The position numbers were made by a program, and so were the translations under genes. A stretch of DNA of 36,910 nucleotides from a virus. Taxonomy: Duplodnaviria; Caudoviricetes. Under the pieces are notes generated by a model that searched no databases, had not been told where the DNA came from, and saw only the letters and a program-made list of their open reading frames with translations. This document shows positions 35,071-36,910 of the stretch, piece by piece. Numbering within the stretch: position 1 is the stretch's first letter; the number at the start of each line of letters is the position of its first letter. The stretch spans positions 1-36,910 of the IMG/VR virus record IMGVR_UViG_3300032373_000056; one strand, given 5' to 3'.

Positions 35071-35688
35071 ATGGAAACAGGACTTTACGATTTAGGGACG
35101 ATAGGTGGACGATTGGGATATATTGCCGCGAAAGTCGGTAAACGTACAATTTTGGATACGGTGGATATATCTGAATCACAATTAAATAATTACATCGGTA
35201 ATCGGGTTTCTAAACACACACTCGAACCATTGGTTGAGATATGTATTAAACATGGGTATAGCGTTGAATGGCTCGCTGTCGGTGGAGAAATGGAGCCTAC
35301 AAGAAGTCAGGACTCTCCAGCGCCACATTATGGACACAGAATTTCCGAGTCATTTGCTGACTATGAACCAGTAAGATTAAGCGATGAATACATGAAAAAG
35401 GAGTTGTCTGTTGATCCTGCTCAATGTGTTTTTTCTACGGCTAAAGGCGATTCCATGGTATCGACTATAAATCCGGGCGATATTCTTTTAGTAGATAAAT
35501 CGGAAAGTGTTGATGATGGGATTTATCATTTTTCTATTGATTCAAAGGAAATGGTAAAGCGCTTACAATATTTGCCGGGGAACCAGGTGAAAATCATTTC
35601 TGATAATCCTAAATACGAAAGTTTTGTAATGAATGTAGATCAACTCAACATTCTCGGGTGTGTCGTTTGGCATGGTGGTCGGGTGTAA
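35071..35688 (+). CDS. cI: CI-like repressor, HTH plus S24 peptidase-like domain (element B)
   Basis: HTH ISESQLNNY...VEWLAVG; KGDSM, MVKRLQ and SDNPKY motifs; GAGG RBS before ATG 35071. Confidence 0.9.
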   Translation: METGLYDLGTIGGRLGYIAAKVGKRTILDTVDISESQLNNYIGNRVSKHTLEPLVEICIKHGYSVEWLAVGGEMEPTRSQDSPAPHYGHRISESFADYEPVRLSDEYMKKELSVDPAQCVFSTAKGDSMVSTINPGDILLVDKSESVDDGIYHFSIDSKEMVKRLQYLPGNQVKIISDNPKYESFVMNVDQLNILGCVVWHGGRV

Positions 35689-36902
35689 TGGCAAGAAAGC
35701 TTTTTCATCAAGAGCGGGGTAAGTGGGTTGCAGAGTTCCCGCATAATTCGGAACTTGGTTTCGAAGCAGGTCGTCGAGGTATTCGCCGTGTACTTTGTAA
35801 AATTGAAGATATTGAAGGCTTAAGCCGTGACGCAAAAATAAAACGGCTGATTGAGTTATATTCAAAAAAGGAAGCGGAGTTAAAAAAAGAAAGGCTGAAA
35901 AGCGAGCAAAATACAAAACTGGCCAAGAAAGAGAAGAAAAAACAGACCGTCAAGCAAGCTTCACGTACTTGGTTGAAAGATGTAGAAGTACTCAATTCAA
36001 AAAAGACACATCAAGATTATACAAAAAGCATCAGCCTCTATTTGCAGTGCTGCGGTGATCACGTATTGAACGATTTTGAGCGTTCACACAATGTTAAGTT
36101 TTATAAGTTTCTCACTACCATTATCACCAATCGCGGTACTGTTCTTTCAAACGCGAGCCAAAATAGACACATGCGCCACTTAGGGACGTTTTTAAATTGG
36201 GCGTACGATACTGAAATTATGGATCGTCACATCAAACTGAAATCCGCCTCAGTCCCTAAAAAAGATATGGAAACATACACAATCGAGGAGCTGTTCATTC
36301 TTCGAGACCATATTATTAAAAGAAAGGAAAATGCCGAAAGCAGCCAAGAGCGGTTGCACATGACCAACATTTTTCGAGCTTTCAAATTAGCAACAGCATC
36401 ACTTTTACGACTCGGTGCAATCTGGTCATTGCGCTTAGATCACATCGACATCGATAAAAAGATCATCCGTATTCGCGATAACAAAGAATTGGAGTGGGTA
36501 AACAAGAAAAACAAATGGCCCAACAAACCGATAAACGACGATTTATTAACCTTCATCACTGAAGATATAGAAGCAAGATCAGCAAGCGAAGTTTATTATT
36601 TAGACAATGGAAAAGGAAAGCCGTGGTATGCCGACCGTGGCGATATCTCAAAACTAGCCAGCGCCCTTTGCAAAGAGTGCGGATTACCAAACATAAAACC
36701 GTTTCATTGGGGCATGAGAGCAACGATGATCACCGAACTTTTGAACCGTGGCGTAGATCCAAAAGCCGTTCAACAATTAGCCGATCACGATAAGTTAGAA
36801 ACAACCATGCTCTATTTCAACACCCGCACCGTCTCCCAAAACACCGCCGCGAATGCTTTGGGAGACGGTGCGGGTGTTGAAATAGAGCATGGTTGTTTCT
36901 AA
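35688..36902 (+). CDS. int: Tyrosine integrase of element B; the last 13 codons (from 36861) come from the fold-back and are probably not native
   Basis: Identical to integrase A from KQTVKQASRTW to NTAANAL except one S/N change; TAATG coupling to cI. Confidence 0.9.
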   Translation: MARKLFHQERGKWVAEFPHNSELGFEAGRRGIRRVLCKIEDIEGLSRDAKIKRLIELYSKKEAELKKERLKSEQNTKLAKKEKKKQTVKQASRTWLKDVEVLNSKKTHQDYTKSISLYLQCCGDHVLNDFERSHNVKFYKFLTTIITNRGTVLSNASQNRHMRHLGTFLNWAYDTEIMDRHIKLKSASVPKKDMETYTIEELFILRDHIIKRKENAESSQERLHMTNIFRAFKLATASLLRLGAIWSLRLDHIDIDKKIIRIRDNKELEWVNKKNKWPNKPINDDLLTFITEDIEARSASEVYYLDNGKGKPWYADRGDISKLASALCKECGLPNIKPFHWGMRATMITELLNRGVDPKAVQQLADHDKLETTMLYFNTRTVSQNTAANALGDGAGVEIEHGCF

Positions 36903-36910
36903 CTTATCGT
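36787..36910. repeat. Perfect 54 bp fold-back inverted repeat at the window end
   Basis: 36857-36910 is the exact reverse complement of 36787-36840, with a 16 nt spacer. Confidence 0.95.

Larger units (their letters stand above)
2730..36856. mobile_element. P2-like temperate myophage / prophage B, ~34.3 kb, apparently complete except for its right att
   Basis: P2 gene order D-U-T-E'-E-FII-FI-H-I-J-W-V-S-R-lysis-X-L-M-N-O, divergent P-Q, ogr, cargo, replication, cox, cI, int. Confidence 0.95.

Noticed and set aside
36861-36902. Novel C-terminal extension of integrase B (GDGAGVEIEHGCF), or att-mediated integrase tail switching
   Set aside because: These bases are the reverse complement of upstream integrase sequence (fold-back), not host or att DNA.
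36787-36910. Protelomerase-generated hairpin telomere (N15-like linear prophage)
   Set aside because: The turn lies inside the integrase CDS, has a 16 nt asymmetric spacer and microhomology, copy A shows no palindromic target, and no protelomerase was recognised.

Overview
The window holds a nearly complete, ~34.3 kb P2-like (Peduoviridae-type) temperate myophage, element B (~2730 to the window end). It has a full set of tail, baseplate, head, packaging and ogr genes, a non-canonical lysis cassette, a toprim primase-helicase replicon in place of P2 gpA, and an AT-rich cargo region between the portal/ogr genes and the early genes. Bases 1-2592 are the control end (primase start, small ORF, Cox/Xis-like gene, CI, integrase) of a second, closely related element A. 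The two are joined at an attP-type junction: the 3' half of a tRNA with a CAT anticodon (most likely Ile2) plus GTGTCACA arm repeats. Their integrase catalytic regions are nearly identical, but their Cox/promoter/CI/integrase N-terminal modules diverge, which suggests a heteroimmune tandem double lysogen (or an assembly chimera of two relatives). The best candidate for an undescribed system is a self-promoted three-gene cargo operon at 25668-27833: STAS-GHKL ATPase/kinase, DUF4325-like STAS protein and a 2-TM protein. It sits in the known P2 anti-phage hotspot and looks like a partner-switching kinase module wired to a membrane effector. The last 54 bases are a fold-back inversion, probably an amplification or assembly artefact. 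All calls come from motif recognition and gene order by eye; no database searches were run.
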